A stretch of 63,740 bases of DNA, counting the filler, from Octopus bimaculoides (taxonomy: Eukaryota): assembly GCF_001194135.2 (NCBI RefSeq). It is 6 parts of 6 records of this genome, joined end to end, with 100 filler letters (N's around TTAATTAATTAA, not from the genome) between each part and the next. Parts side by side here need not be neighbours in the genome. Positions count along the whole stretch, not along the records: positions 21,951 to 28,935 come from NC_068982.1; positions 29,036 to 42,167 come from NC_068995.1; 4 more parts are not named here. One strand, written 5' to 3'. The position numbers were made by a program, and so were the translations under genes. Below the pieces are notes generated by a model that worked only from the letters and a program-made list of their open reading frames with translations, made no database searches and was not told where the DNA came from. How positions within the stretch are numbered: position 1 is the stretch's first letter; every line of letters starts with the position of its first letter. Below are positions 23,990-37,098 of the stretch, piece after piece.

Positions 23990-24550
23990 GCAGGACATCA
24001 GGCAAAGTATCTTGATTATACAACAAATTACTGAAGAGTTTTCTTTTTAAGATCTCATTAACCTGAACTAGAATCACGTATTGTTTCATTCTAAATTCCA
24101 CTGGGATTCGAAACCGAAACTTGTCTCATTGAAAGCTTAGTGTTTTCAGAGTGTAAGTATCTATCTTGTTGGTTGTGAACGTACGTGAGGAAGTGTATGC
24201 GTACTTGTGAGTGTACGTGTGTGTGTTTGTATGTGTGTTTGTGTGTGTCTCCATAAAATTCCATTCGTTCCGCTTACCACTTGTGGCATCTTCCTTTGCC
24301 GCAACAGTTGTGTTTTTAAGTTGTTGTTTGCCCAATGTTTTGCCATTTTAAAATTAATGGTTTCCCTGCTTGTGGAGGTGAATACAGTTTATATATATTT
24401 GCAGTGTTGCTGCCACTAACACAAACAAACGTCACCGCATCCCACTCAACAACATGCGAAAACTACTAATTTTAAACCACTAGACGTTCTATTTCCCACA
24501 TCATCATCGTCATCGTTGTCGTCGTCATCGTCGTCATCATCATCATCATC

Positions 24551-24596
<46 letters not shown>

Positions 24597-26407
24597 CCTC
24601 TCTCTCTCACTCACTCTCTCCAGCTATCTTTCTTCCTCCTGAACTGAAAGCTCTGAACCACACCTCTCAAGTCCATCTGAAATACACACACACACTCAAA
24701 TACTCCACCGTTCACCCTCTCGAGTGTGTCTCACCCACCAACAAAACATGCGCAATAAACTCGTTGTCTCAAACCTCCGTTCCATTATCAGAACTACTGC
24801 TTTATGGAGGAACTCGATCGCCACCCTCGTTACATTTCCTCTCGGTGTACCAATCATCAGAACTGTAATTATTTTGTTCTCCCAACCTACAGATACACAC
24901 AAAATAAATAATAAAAACGAAACCCCTATTTCTGAGAAACACCTTTTTTATCAGCAAGGTAAGGTGAACTTAGCACCGAGACATATAGTACTACCTGTCT
25001 CTCTCTTTCTCTCACTCTGCCTCCCTCTGTCACTGTTTCTCTGTTTCTCTCAATTCATTGATCTACCGATTTGTAATCCCGTTTATCATTTCCACTCTTC
25101 TTCCTCTCCTTCTCGCCCCCTCTCTCTCCCTCTCTCTTTCTCTTTTTGTCTTTTTTCCTCTATGTCTTTCTATTTTTCTCTTGTTTGCCCTACCTCACCC
25201 GTACCGGTGAAAAGGTTATGTCATAAAAACCCACCGCCGCCGCCACAGCCACCGCCAGCGCCGCCGCCACCACCATCATCCTCTTCAGCACTTGACATTT
25301 AAACCCCTTTGCCCTTACCCTTAAATAACTATTAACTCTCCAGATCCCTGTCCATGTAAATCGGANNNNNNNNNNNNNNNNNNNNNNNNNNNNNNNNNNN
25401 NNNNNNNNNNNNNNNNNNNNNNNNNNNNNNNNNNNNNNNNNNNNNNNNNNNNNNNNNNNNNNNNNNNNNNNNNNNNNNNNNNNNNNNNNNNNNNNNNNNN
25501 NNNNNNNNNNNNNNNNNNNNNNNNNNNNNNNNNNNNNNNNNNNNNNNNNNNNNNNNNNNNNNNNNNNNNNNNNNNNNNNNNNNNNNNNNNNNNNNNNNNN
25601 NNNNNNNNNNNNNNNNNNNNNNNNNNNNNNNNNNNNNNNNNNNNNNNNNNNNNNNNNNNNNNNNNNNNNNNNNNNNNNNNNNNNNNNNNNNNNNNNNNNN
25701 NNNNNNNNNNNNNNNNNNNNNNNNNNNNNNNNNNNNNNNNNNNNNNNNNNNNNNNNNNNNNNNNNNNNNNNNNNNNNNNNNNNNNNNNNNNNNNNNNNNN
25801 NNNNNNNNNNNNNNNNNNNNNNNNNNNNNNNNNNNNNNNNNNNNNNNNNNNNNNNNNNNNNNNNNNNNNNNNNNNNNNNNNNNNNNNNNNNNNNNNNNNN
25901 NNNNNNNNNNNNNNNNNNNNNNNNNNNNNNNNNNNNNNNNNNNNNNNNNNNNNNNNNNNNNNNNNNNNNNNNNNNNNNNNNNNNNNNNNNNNNNNNNNNN
26001 NNNNNNNNNNNNNNNNNNNNNNNNNNNNNNNNNNNNNNNNNNNNNNNNNNNNNNNNNNNNNNNNNNNNNNNNNNNNNNNNNNNNNNNNNNNNNNNNNNNN
26101 NNNNNNNNNNNNNNNNNNNNNNNNNNNNNNNNNNNNNNNNNNNNNNNNNNNNNNNNNNNNNNNNNNNNNNNNNNNNNNNNNNNNNNNNNNNNNNNNNNNN
26201 NNNNNNNNNNNNNNNNNNNNNNNNNNNNNNNNNNNNNNNNNNNNNNNNNNNNNNNNNNNNNNNNNNNNNNNNNNNNNNNNNNNNNNNNNNNNNNNNCCTC
26301 TGTCCTACAACAGACTGTGGATTAGATGACCTCAGCAGGGGACCCTGTTCCTTCACACGGGCCTGCCAACCACTAGTTTGCGATAGAGTGGTATATTTAT
26401 GTTTGTA

Positions 26408-26438
<31 letters not shown>

Positions 26439-26941
26439 GCATGTGTGTGTTGGTTTGTGTGTGAGTGAACGCATGGCAATGCGGTTTTTTTTTGTTTGTT
26501 TTACTTTTTTTGTATTCTTCTTTGCTATTTGGTGGTTTCTACACTTACATTTTATACAAATACACAAATATTCATAGAAATACAAATATATTCAGCCGTA
26601 CATAATCATATTCGTTTACACACTCGTACACCCCCCCCCNNNNNNNNNNNNNNNNNNNNNNNNNNNNNNNNNNNNNNNNNNNNNNNNNNNNNNNNNNNNN
26701 NNNNNNNNNNNNNNNNNNNNNNNNNNNNNNNNNNNNNNNNNNNNNNNNNNNNNNNNNNNNNNNNNNNNNNNNNNNNNNNNNNNNNNNNNNNNNNNNNNNN
26801 NNNNNNNNNNNNNNNNNNNNNNNNNNNNNNNNNNNNNNNNNNNNNNNNNNNNNNNNNNNNNNNNNNNNNNNNNNNNNNNNNNNNNNNNNNNNNNNNNNNN
26901 NNNNNNNNNNNNNNNNNNNNNNNNNNNNNNNNNNNNNNNNN

Positions 26942-26998
<57 letters not shown>

Positions 26999-27004
26999 TA
27001 TATA

Positions 27005-27170
27005 CATGACGAGCTTCTTTCAGATTCCATTAACCAAATCTACTCCCAAGCCATCTGGTTGGCACGAGGGTATGGTAGGAGACATTTGCCCAAGGGGCCA
27101 TGCAGTGGGACTGAACCTGGAAGCATGTGATTGGGAAGCAAGCTTCTTACTACACAGCCACACATATACA
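27005..27170 (-). mobile_element. SINE family B head half
   Basis: Match to B head; another head at 27518-27660 (-). Confidence 0.75.
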
Positions 27171-27208
27171 TACATATAAGAATAAGTAACAAGGATATCC
27201 AGAGGTAA

Positions 27209-27295
27209 TGCAGTACGATCGTTTCATGCCACTCCATTTAATTGAACAATGTAATCATTACATCAATTTAAAATGCAGAGCAATCCCCAGCTGCA
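27209..27295 (-). ncRNA. Type I hammerhead-like motif, core mutated (CTGGGGA)
   Basis: On -: TGCAG CTGGGGA [long helix II capped by TGTAAT-G-ATTACA] GAAA C GATC G T A CTGCA; helix I 5 bp, palindromic helix III ACGATCGT, GUA triplet. Confidence 0.55.
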
Positions 27296-27391
27296 CAAAG
27301 ACATAGAATTTAATTAAATTAGAACAGATGGATACATTAGTATAATTATGCCTAAAATCTCAAAGAAGTTAAGGAGATAGACAAAGAACAT

Positions 27392-27429
27392 GTTGCCTCT
27401 ACGACAACATATGTTGTCGTAGAGGCAAC
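27392..27429. repeat. Perfect 38-bp palindrome
   Basis: GTTGCCTCTACGACAACAT|ATGTTGTCGTAGAGGCAAC equals its own reverse complement. Confidence 0.95.
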
Positions 27430-27458
27430 TTCTTATAAATATATATATAGATAGATGT

Positions 27459-27499
<41 letters not shown>

Positions 27500-28480
27500 C
27501 GTGTGTGTGTGTGTGTACGATAGGCGTCTTTCAGTAACCGTCTACTAAATCCACTCATAAGGTTTTAGTCGACCTGAAGCTATAGTGTCACGCAGTGGGA
27601 CTGAACCCGGAACCATGTTGTTGGGAAGCAAGCTTCTTACCACACAACCACGCCTATAGTTTTTTTTTCTATACGTAGATAGCAGAAATTACAGAGTTTC
27701 AAATCAAGAAGACATACATTTACATACTGGTGTTAATGGAATTTCCCTGGACTTTTCTAGAACAAATTCTAAAAGCAATTACAATGTCACGTAGAAAAGG
27801 CATATTTTTTCTGGTAAGGAAAATTTAAAGATGTGTGTGCATATTTGCGTACGCATAAATGGGAATGTCAATGAATGTAAATACAGAATGTACATGAATA
27901 CATGCATCTGCAGATACATATACTCTGTTTATGCATGTTCATGGACTCACACACACGCGTCAGAGAGTTTAGGAAGTCCAGAGACACACCCAAGTACATT
28001 AATCTTATCTACCAAATAATTCAGTTCACTGAAGGGATGGAAGTAGAGTGGGGTACTATGGCCTCTTGACTGAAACAGCTGTAAGATACTATCCTACTTT
28101 CTACGCTCTACGTTAAATATTTTAATAATTACTGGTGTTTATATATATTATATATGTAAAGCATAATATGTTTTACATGTATGTACATTGTTATAATTGT
28201 TGTTTTTTAAATAAATTAATAGAAATAATATAATGTCAAAAAGTTGATAAATGCCACCTCTTGATCCCCTCCATTTTATTATTGCTGTATAAATTAAGGG
28301 TAAAAAGTTTTTTTACCCTCACCCATTTATTACATTCAGTAGTGTAATTGCCATGCAATGAAATAAACACTTGTGTATTAATAATTGGGTATTCTACCAG
28401 CAGTATACTGGATAGATATTATCCCTTAGTTGGTTGGATTCGCAACCTCTAACTCTCTTGGAATCATATATATATACATA

Positions 28481-28703
28481 CATGATGGTGCAAAAGTAGG
28501 TATCCAGTTATGAAAAAAAAAAAACATGTACAATACTCATTTATTTTTATCACAAAAATTAAAAGTTACGATAAAAGTATTATTATTACTAATGACACCG
28601 AAAAATGAGGCTAACTAATTGATGTGCTAATAATTTTAATGAATTAGGTATTATAACATTGATGTGATACTTACTGTATACCTACTTTGGCACAGCCCCT
28701 ATG
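28481..28703. mobile_element. Tc1/mariner-type MITE
   Basis: GCAAAAGTAGGTATCCAGT (28490) versus RC GCCAAAGTAGGTATACAGT (28673-28691), 17/19; AT-rich interior. Confidence 0.65.
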
Positions 28704-29035
28704 TGTATATATATATATATATATTTGTATATGTATACACACACATGTATGGGCATATACGTACACAAACACTTATATATGTGTATGCATATATGTGTAC
28801 ACAAATACTCATGTGTGTACACACACACACAGATGAATACTCTTAGATGCACACACAAATACCAGTATCAGTATAAGCATTAGACGAACAAAATAAAATA
28901 GAATACACAGTATATATATATATATATATATATATNNNNNNNNNNNNNNNNNNNNNNNNNNNNNNNNNNNNNNNNNNNNTTAATTAATTAANNNNNNNNN
29001 NNNNNNNNNNNNNNNNNNNNNNNNNNNNNNNNNNN

Positions 29036-29390
29036 CACCGCCTTTAGTCGAGCAAATTGACCTCAGGACTTATTCTTTGAAAGCCTAGTACTTATTCTAT
29101 CGGTCTCTTTTTGCCGAACCGCTAAGTTACGGGGACGTAAACATACCAGCATCAGTTGTCAAGCGATGTTGGGGGGACAAACACAGAACACAAACATATA
29201 CACATACATACATATATATACATATATACGACGGGCTTCTTTCAGTTTCCGTCTATCAAATCCACTCACAAGGCTTTCGTCGGCCCGAGGTTATAGTAGA
29301 AGACACTTGCCCAAGGTGCCACGCAGTGGGACTGAACCCGGAACCATGTGGTTGGTAAGCAAGCTACTTACCACACAGTCACTCCTGCGG
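29036..29390 (-). mobile_element. SINE family B, near full length
   Basis: High identity to 1587-1945; tail cut by a gap. Confidence 0.9.
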
Positions 29391-29823
29391 CTATTGTTAA
29401 TAAAATTTCCAGTTAATGTACAAAATAAGAAATTATTACGATTCAGAGAACTAAATCATTTCAGATCGATTCAGATAATTAATCAAAATTCTAACAATGT
29501 TTTACAAATAAAAATTTCTGCAATTACCATTATATAAACTGTTTGGTATCAGAAGACTGAAAGTGGTCGTGTTGATTTATAAAAAAAAAAGAACAAGTAA
29601 GAAACGAATCGTAAAAGAATCTATACTGTAGACAGCCATACACACTCACACTCATACACACAGACACATACACACACAAACACACACATATATTCATAGC
29701 TCCGAGGAAGCTATAGCATGCTGCACGGACACACATCTCTGAGTTCACCACCTCTTATAGGTAAAACAACTGTAAGCTAATGAAAGTGATTACGTGATAT
29801 CTATTTTCCTTTCATTCATTAAC

Positions 29824-29885
<62 letters not shown>

Positions 29886-30748
29886 NNNNNNNNNNNNNNN
29901 NNNNNNNNNNNNNNNNNNNNNNNNNNNNNNNNNNNNNNNNNNNNNNNNNNNNNNNNNNNNNNNNNNNNNNNNNNNNNNNNNNNNNNNNNNNNNNNNNNNN
30001 NNNNNNNNNNNNNNNNNNNNNNNNNNNNNNNNNNNNNNNNNNNNNNNNNNNNNNNNNNNNNNNNNNNNNNNNNNNNNNNNNNNNNNNNNNNNNNNNNNNN
30101 NNNNNNNNNNNNNNNNNNNNNNNNNNNNNNNNNNNNNNNNNNNNNNNNNNNNNNNNNNNNNNNNNNNNNNNNNNNNNNNNNNNNNNNNNNNNNNNNNNNN
30201 NNNNNNNNNNNNNNNNNNNNNNNNNNNNNNNNNNNNNNNNNNNNNNNNNNNNNNNNNNNNNNNNNNNNNNNNNNNNNNNNNNNNNNNNNNNNNNNNNNNN
30301 NNNNNNNNNNNNNNNNNNNNNNNNNNNNNNNNNNNNNNNNNNNNNNNNNNNNNNNNNNNNNNNNNNNNNNNNNNNNNNNNNNNNNNNNNNNNNNNNNNNN
30401 NNNNNNNNNNNNNNNNNNNNNNNNNNNNNNNNNNNNNNNNNNNNNNNNNNNNNNNNNNNNNNNNNNNNNNNNNNNNNNNNNNNNNNNNNNNNNNNNNNNN
30501 NNNNNNNNNNNNNNNNNNNNNNNNNNNNNNNNNNNNNNNNNNNNNNNNNNNNNNNNNNNNNNNNNNNNNNNNNNNNNNNNNNNNNNNNNNNNNNNNNNNN
30601 NNNNNNNNNNNNNNNNNNNNNAAGCCCTATTGAATTAAATTAGTCATCTATGTAGCATAGAGTGCGGCACTCTCTTGGTTAGTAATCTAGGTTTGAGTTT
30701 GATCGCCTGCTTTATTTCTTGTGTTACAGAGTGATCATATCAGCTCTG

Positions 30749-31010
30749 ATGGCTGCGTATACCAAGGAAGAAAGGAGACCTGTGATCCGATTTTTCTGGT
30801 CTTAAGGTGTGTCAAAATCGGGAATTTGAAAAATGGCTGGACAAGGGTGATGCTCCAGTAGGGAGCAAGACACTCAGGAAACCCAACTACTGACCTGAAG
30901 ATTTAGTAGTCTGCAGAGATGGTTATAGCGAAGCGACAAGTGAGCGGTTACGAGGTGGCATGTTCTCTATAAATTAATAATGGTTCTGCGTACGAAATTT
31001 TCCACGACAA
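30749..31010 (+). pseudogene. mariner transposase N-terminal relic
   Basis: MAAYTKEERRPVIRFFWS*GVS... and AEMVIAKRQVSGYEVACSL*INNGSAYEIFHD resemble the two HTH regions of mariner transposases; stops and frameshifts present. Confidence 0.6.
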
Positions 31011-31118
31011 TAAGAAAAGATAAGAAAAACAAAAGAATATGAACTCACTCTGTATAATTACTACACAAACCATGTTGTCACACTTGACATGACTCTGATC
31101 TTCTCATCTGTACAACTA

Positions 31119-31378
31119 TTAGGTTGGCAACTAAGTTCCCGCCGGTTTATTTTAATTTAAAATTTTTAAAAGGTTTAATAAAAAAAAATAACAACTAATT
31201 AATCAATAATGTTTTCACCCGTGTTGTTTACAACTTCTTCCCAACGTTCAACAAGATTTTCATTACCTCGTTGGTAGAAATCACTCGATTTCGACTCGAA
31301 AAATTGATCCAACCAAGCTCTCAATTCTGCATCGGTATTGAACGAAACTCCGCGCATAGCATTTGAAAGAGATCGAAA
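31119..31378 (-). pseudogene. mariner transposase C-terminus + 3' TIR
   Basis: FRSLSNAMRGVSFNTDAELRAWLDQFFESKSSDFYQRGNENLVERWEEVVNNTGENIID*; TIR TTAGGTTGGCAACTAAG with TA at 31117-31118; truncated by a SINE C tail at ~31380-31460. Confidence 0.9.
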
Positions 31379-31782
31379 TGCATACAGGAGTCGATGTAAT
31401 CGACTGCTCCCCACCCCTTTCCCAAAAATTTCGGGCCTTGTGCCTAGAGTAGAAATGATTATTAACAAATTGGTAAATTATTTATTATCAACAAATTGGT
31501 CATCTTCGTTAATAATAAATAATTAACTTCCTTATCTCCATTCTCTTTTCTTCTTTCAACTGGATATAAACTATATGCTTAATATATACTTATTGTCTTA
31601 AGGGAATTTCATTCCTCAACAGTACTAGGTATTGAACCAGAATTTCCTTGCTTGCAACCATTTCTTCATGAGGCTAATATGTCCTCTAATTAAATATATG
31701 TGTGTGTGCATGTATGTATGTTAATATGTGTGTGTATGTATGTATGTATGTATATATGCATATATGTATATATATATGTATG

Positions 31783-31813
<31 letters not shown>

Positions 31814-32580
31814 ATACATATACATACACATATATGCATATGTATTTTTGTATTTAGCATTGTAATCTTTTTATCGATTGGTTCACTATCTAATTTCCAA
31901 CCAAAGAGAATTTTTTTCATATGAATCTATTTTTTTCCGTCAAAAAAGTTGAAGGAATTAAATATATATCTTAATGCATTAATTTAATTCTATACATTTT
32001 TCTGTTACTTTCATTTCATCAGCAGAATCCTTCCTATTGTAATCAGCTGCTATTTTGATCTCAGTGTATCTCGTCAGTGCAGAGTAACAAAGGACAGTAG
32101 TGTCCATTAATTAGATTACATGAAATTATTTACTGTTCTGAGGGAGAAGGTGACGTATGGGAAGTATATAGTGAAAGTATTTCATATCCTTCGTTGTACA
32201 TTAGAAAATGTAGAAAAATGTTGTGCAGAAAAAGTCAGAATGGAAAATTATATTTTTTACGTCGATTGGCTCTTCATTTGATTTCCATAACAAGAGAGAT
32301 AGTTTTCTTACTAGGAATCCATGTTATTCCGCCAGTGAAGTGAAAGGAATAAAAATATGTAATATGTTTATTCATATATCTAATTCAGCTTTCTTTTTCT
32401 TTCGCTTCAAAAGCAGAATTCTTCATAGTTATATTCAGTTGTTATTTCGACCTGGTTGGCTCTCTTTTCATATTTATTTTACAGAAGGAAAAGCAGAGAC
32501 AGAGAAAGCGCATGGTGAATGTATTTCACCCCGAAAAAGAGTCCTTCTTGTCCATATTCCTCTTAGTGCATAAGCTGTGT

Positions 32581-32625
<45 letters not shown>

Positions 32626-32629
<4 letters not shown>

Positions 32630-32846
32630 CCGAGCTGGCAGAATCGTTAGCATACCGTTCTGAGTTCAAATGCTTAGCGGTATTTCGTCTGTCTTTACGT
32701 TCTGAGTTCAAATTCCGCGGAGGTCGACTTTACCTTTTATCCTTTCGGGGTCGATAAATTAAGTACCAGTTGCGTTCTGGGGATGATCTAATTGACTGGA
32801 CTCCCTCCCCAAAAGTTTCGGGCCTTGTGCCTAGAGTAGAAAAGAA
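32626..32846 (+). mobile_element. SINE family C (tail type 2)
   Basis: GGCGCCGAGCTGGCAGAATCGTTAGC head, B-box, Meta-like domain. Confidence 0.85.
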
Positions 32847-33554
32847 TATACATAGATATCTGTATGTAGGTAGTAAACGGATTATAGGTAGGTAGGTGGG
32901 TAGGTATATGTATACAAATGCTTGTCTCTGTTCGTTGTTTTCAGCTCGTGTGAAAACGTTTCTGATATGTTGCTGGTACTTGTAATGATTCAGTCATTTC
33001 TTGCATTTGAAAAATACATATCATCATCATCATTATCATCACAATTTACCGTAAGAGAGAATTTTTCTCTGGCGGCAACTGCAGTGAATTTGCCTTTAGA
33101 AGTTAAAGTATGCCGAAACATATTTCAACATATTTCAACATATTTCAACAAGTTCGTTTCTTCCCAGGGTTAAAGTTCGAATCTGCCCAGGGTTATCTCT
33201 CTTCCATATTTCTCATTGAACGAAGCCAAAGAGTCAGAAACAGACATCTGGAAACCCACTAGACGCTAGAGGGAAGCACTTGGCAGATAAATGTTGTTTT
33301 TTCACCTTTTACGGGAAACGAAAATTTGTTCTCCCCGGCGATAACTGCAGTGAACTTGACTTGAGAAGATAAAACATGTCACCTAGATACTTTGGCTAAA
33401 GTTCGTACATATATATATATATATATTCCTGGTTCTTTGTTTTCTGAAATCGAATTCTACTAAATTCATTCTTTGCACTTCAGCCTTTCAGAACATTTTA
33501 AAATAAATTGAAGTCAAATTCGGGGCCGATTTAATTCAGTTACTCCCCTTGCCC

Positions 33555-33770
33555 TACATCCATACCTTGAGCTAATATTCTTTTCTGTTGGAAGCACAAG
33601 GCCTCAAATTTGGGGGAAGGGATAAAGTCGATTAAATCGACCCCAGTGCGTAACTGGTACGTAATTTATCGACCCCAAAACGATGAAAGTCGACCCCGGT
33701 GGCATTTGAACTCCGAAATACCGCTAAGCATTTCGCCCAGCGTGCTAACGATTCTGCCGGCTTGTCGCCC
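33555..33770 (-). mobile_element. SINE family C with internal deletions
   Basis: Reverse complement of head, domain and tail. Confidence 0.75.
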
Positions 33771-34541
33771 TACCTTGTGCCAATATTAGAAACAATTATT
33801 ATTACTGTTGTTGTTATCGTTGACTTTGTTTTTGTTAAGGATCGGTAAACGAAATAGCTTTGAAATTGCTCCGCAGCTGAGAAAGGAAACTTTACGTAAA
33901 TATCCCTGCGCTCTCTGCGTCTGCCTGTCAAGATACAAATTGTTTTAACAGATTCGAGACACGCCTCACCATCGTTTAGACATGGCTGTACGTGTGTGCG
34001 TGCGTGTATTCATATATGTATGCGTGTGTGTGTAAGTGTGTTTGCGGTGGGGTTATTTAAATATATATGTGCATCTATGCATGTATGTATATATGTATGT
34101 ATATGTATGCATGTATGTATATGCATGTNNNNNNNNNNNNNNNNNNNNNNNNNNNNNNNNNNNNNNNNNNNNNNNNNNNNNNNNNNNNNNNNNNNNNNNN
34201 NNNNNNNNNNNNNNNNNNNNNNNNNNNNNNNNNNNNNNNNNNNNNNNNNNNNNNNNNNNNNNNNNNNNNNNNNNNNNNNNNNNNNNNNNNNNNNNNNNNN
34301 NNNNNNNNNNNNNNNNNNNNNNNNNNNNNNNNNNNNNNNNNNNNNNNNNNNNNNNNNNNNNNNNNNNNNNNNNNNNNNNNNNNNCACACATACATACAAA
34401 CGTGCATACACACACACACACATATGTATATGTATATGTATATGTATACGCTTGTATTTATAGCTATATATATGCACACACGTACACACACACGTACACA
34501 CACACGCACGGATACGCACGCGCACATACATACATACACAC

Positions 34542-34621
<80 letters not shown>

Positions 34622-34776
34622 GTACATACGTGTTAGTAAGCATTTGACTGCGTTATACAGATTTTCAGTTTTTTTCGGGATCAGTGTGTGTGTGTGTGTG
34701 TGTTTAAGCGTGCCCGACTTTTTTCTACAGCTTATTCTTTTCCTTTTTCTTTCTTTTATTTTTTTTGTATTTTCAG

Positions 34777-34930
34777 ATATAAATAGAGAATCGTTGACTT
34801 TCGATTGAAGTCCCCTTAAGTGTTATAAACAATATGAATGAAATCTCATAACAAGAAACGAGCGAGTGCGGCTGACGTGTGCCTCATTCATCGCGGACTC
34901 CACCTCCACCTTGGATTAAATGCTTTACCT
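34777..34930 (+). other. Candidate spliced exon, possibly containing a start codon (MKSHNKKRASAADVCLIHRGLHLHLGLNALP, phase 0)
   Basis: Very strong polypyrimidine tract + TTTCAG acceptor (34776); CCT|GTAAGT donor (34931); ATG at 34838 open to the donor. Confidence 0.4.
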
Positions 34931-36099
34931 GTAAGTGACGAGTTAATGAGAGAATTAAATGTTTGTAAGAGAGAGGAGGAGTGAGAGGATGGGGGAGGAA
35001 AGTAGAGTGTGAGAGACAACCAGAGAGGGAATCAGTAACTAGTAGTGAATGTACGTGTGTGTGTGGGGGGGTTCATGTGGCGTGTGGTGTGTGTGTGTGT
35101 GTTTGGCGTGTTGCGAGTAGAGATGGTGCGTGCGGAAGAATGAAAGAAAGAGAGAAGAGAGAGACTGTGTGTGTGTGTGTGAGAGAGATAAACAGAAGAA
35201 GAATATTAGAAAGTGTGAGGGAAAGAGTGAGTGACAGAGACACTGCGTGGAGTATAGGAGAAACAGAGTGAAGCAGTGAATAAACGAGTGCAAGAGAGAA
35301 AGGGGGAGCGAGAGAGAGAGAAGGAGTAAGTGACTGAGAGAGAAGGAGATAGTGTGCATGTGTGAAAGAGAAGGAGAGAGAGAGAGAGAGAGAGAGAGGA
35401 AGAGCAAGCTAGAAACAGACACTGACTTATTGAGTGAGGGAGAAAGAGAGAGTGAGAGAGGGGGAGCTAGGGCGATAGTTTGTGTGTGTGTGAGAGAGAG
35501 AGAGAGACAGAGGTGAAAGAGACAGGCAGATGGTGGAGGCTGGGCTGTGAATAATGACGTTTTTTGCTGTTTTTTCCTGATATCAAAACATGACATACTG
35601 TAGAACTAGCTGGGGGGGGGGGGATTGTCAAAGGTAACACAAATAGCGGGTCATTAAATAAACGTCAGATTATCTTAATAGGAGAGTGTATTTGTGAAGG
35701 GAGGTAATTCCTATTTTTCTTCGTTTCTTTTTTCATGAATCATTTTGTGTTTTTTAAATGATGACAAGTTTACGTGTGTTTTTCTATTTAGTCAACACAT
35801 TTGTGCTTTAGGTTTGGTTGTCCTTTAAAGTTTAACTGTTATTATTATTTTTTTTCTTCTTTAATTGGTGTTTCTGTTGTGTCTGTATGCGTGTATGTGT
35901 GCATATGTATGCATATGTGTGTGTGTTCGCAAATGAATACATGCGAACATTAACGTACTAGTGAATCTGTTTTATATATAAATACGCACATACACACATA
36001 CATATGTATGCATATATATATATATATATATGCGTGTGTGTGTGTGTGTGTGTATCCGTGTCTGTATCTGTGTATGTATGTGCATGTATATGTGTATAC

Positions 36100-36133
<34 letters not shown>

Positions 36134-36134
36134 T

Positions 36135-36290
36135 ATAGGCGCATGTATGGCTGTATGGTAAAAAGTTTGCACATGGTTCCGGGTGCAGTCCCACTGCGTG
36201 ACACTTAGGGCAAATATTTCTACTATAGCCTCGGGCAGACGTGGATTTGGTGGATGGAAACTGAAAGAAGCCCATCGTATATATGTGTGT
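36135..36290 (+). mobile_element. SINE family B head (followed by SINE C tail 36305-36400, -)
   Basis: Match to in-window copies. Confidence 0.75.
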
Positions 36291-36409
36291 CTGTCTGTCT
36301 GTCTGTGTTTCTTATTTCTTTATTGTCCACAAGGGGCTAAATTTAGAGGGGACAAACTAGGACAGACAAAGGGATTAAGTCGATTATATCGACCCCAGTA
36401 CGCAAAAGA

Positions 36410-36930
36410 TGCTAATGTTTGGAGGCCAAGCGCTGGTGTCATCCACTGCGGCTACATAGGACCTAGTAAGTCAATTACAACGGATGTATACATCAACCAA
36501 GTGGATGAAATGATGAGGGGACTTGCAATTAAATAACTGAGATTGGTCAAAAGAGACGGACCAAAACAATGCTGGACATGTTGTACAAAGAACGTTACTC
36601 AAGTTACATGAACTGACCTTGGAAGTACTCTGTCATCCACCATATTCACCAGACCTTGCACCAACTGACCATCACGTTTTCTAGACATTAGAAAACTTTT
36701 TATAAGGAAAAAACTTCAAATCTGAAGAAGATGCAAAAGTAGCCTTTTGTGATTTCACCACTTCTTGCTCTCCAGAATTCTTCGTTGCCGGCATGAATAA
36801 GCTACCGATAAAATGGCAAAATCGTGTTGATAATTTAGGTGGATAATTCGATTAACATTGCTTTTTGTTGAGATAAAGTGAAATATAATTTCAGTTGAAA
36901 ATCGGACATTTCATTCTTAATGACGTGATA
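36410..36930 (+). pseudogene. mariner transposase catalytic/C-terminal relic
   Basis: VWRPSAGVIH...KSITTDVYINQVDEM...NAGHV...LEVLCHPPYSPDLAPTDHHVF*...KLPIKWQNRVD; the YSPDLAP motif is diagnostic; internal stops. Confidence 0.9.
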
Positions 36931-37050
36931 TATATTTCTATTTATATATATTCATATTTACATATATATATATATATATAAGGATTTACTTTTCGTAAGG
37001 AATAAAAAAAACCAAGGCTGTGTATAATATAGAACATTTATAAATAGAAT

Positions 37051-37098
37051 GTCTTGCAGCTGTTTCCAGGATATTTATTATATCCCTTCATCGGAGAC
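37051..37098 (-). ncRNA. Type I hammerhead-like motif, degenerate (U4C and U16.1C)
   Basis: On -: GTCT CCGATGA AGGGATAT AATAA ATATCCTG GAAA C AGCT G C A AGAC; helix I GTCT/AGAC, palindromic AGCT loop. Confidence 0.55.
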
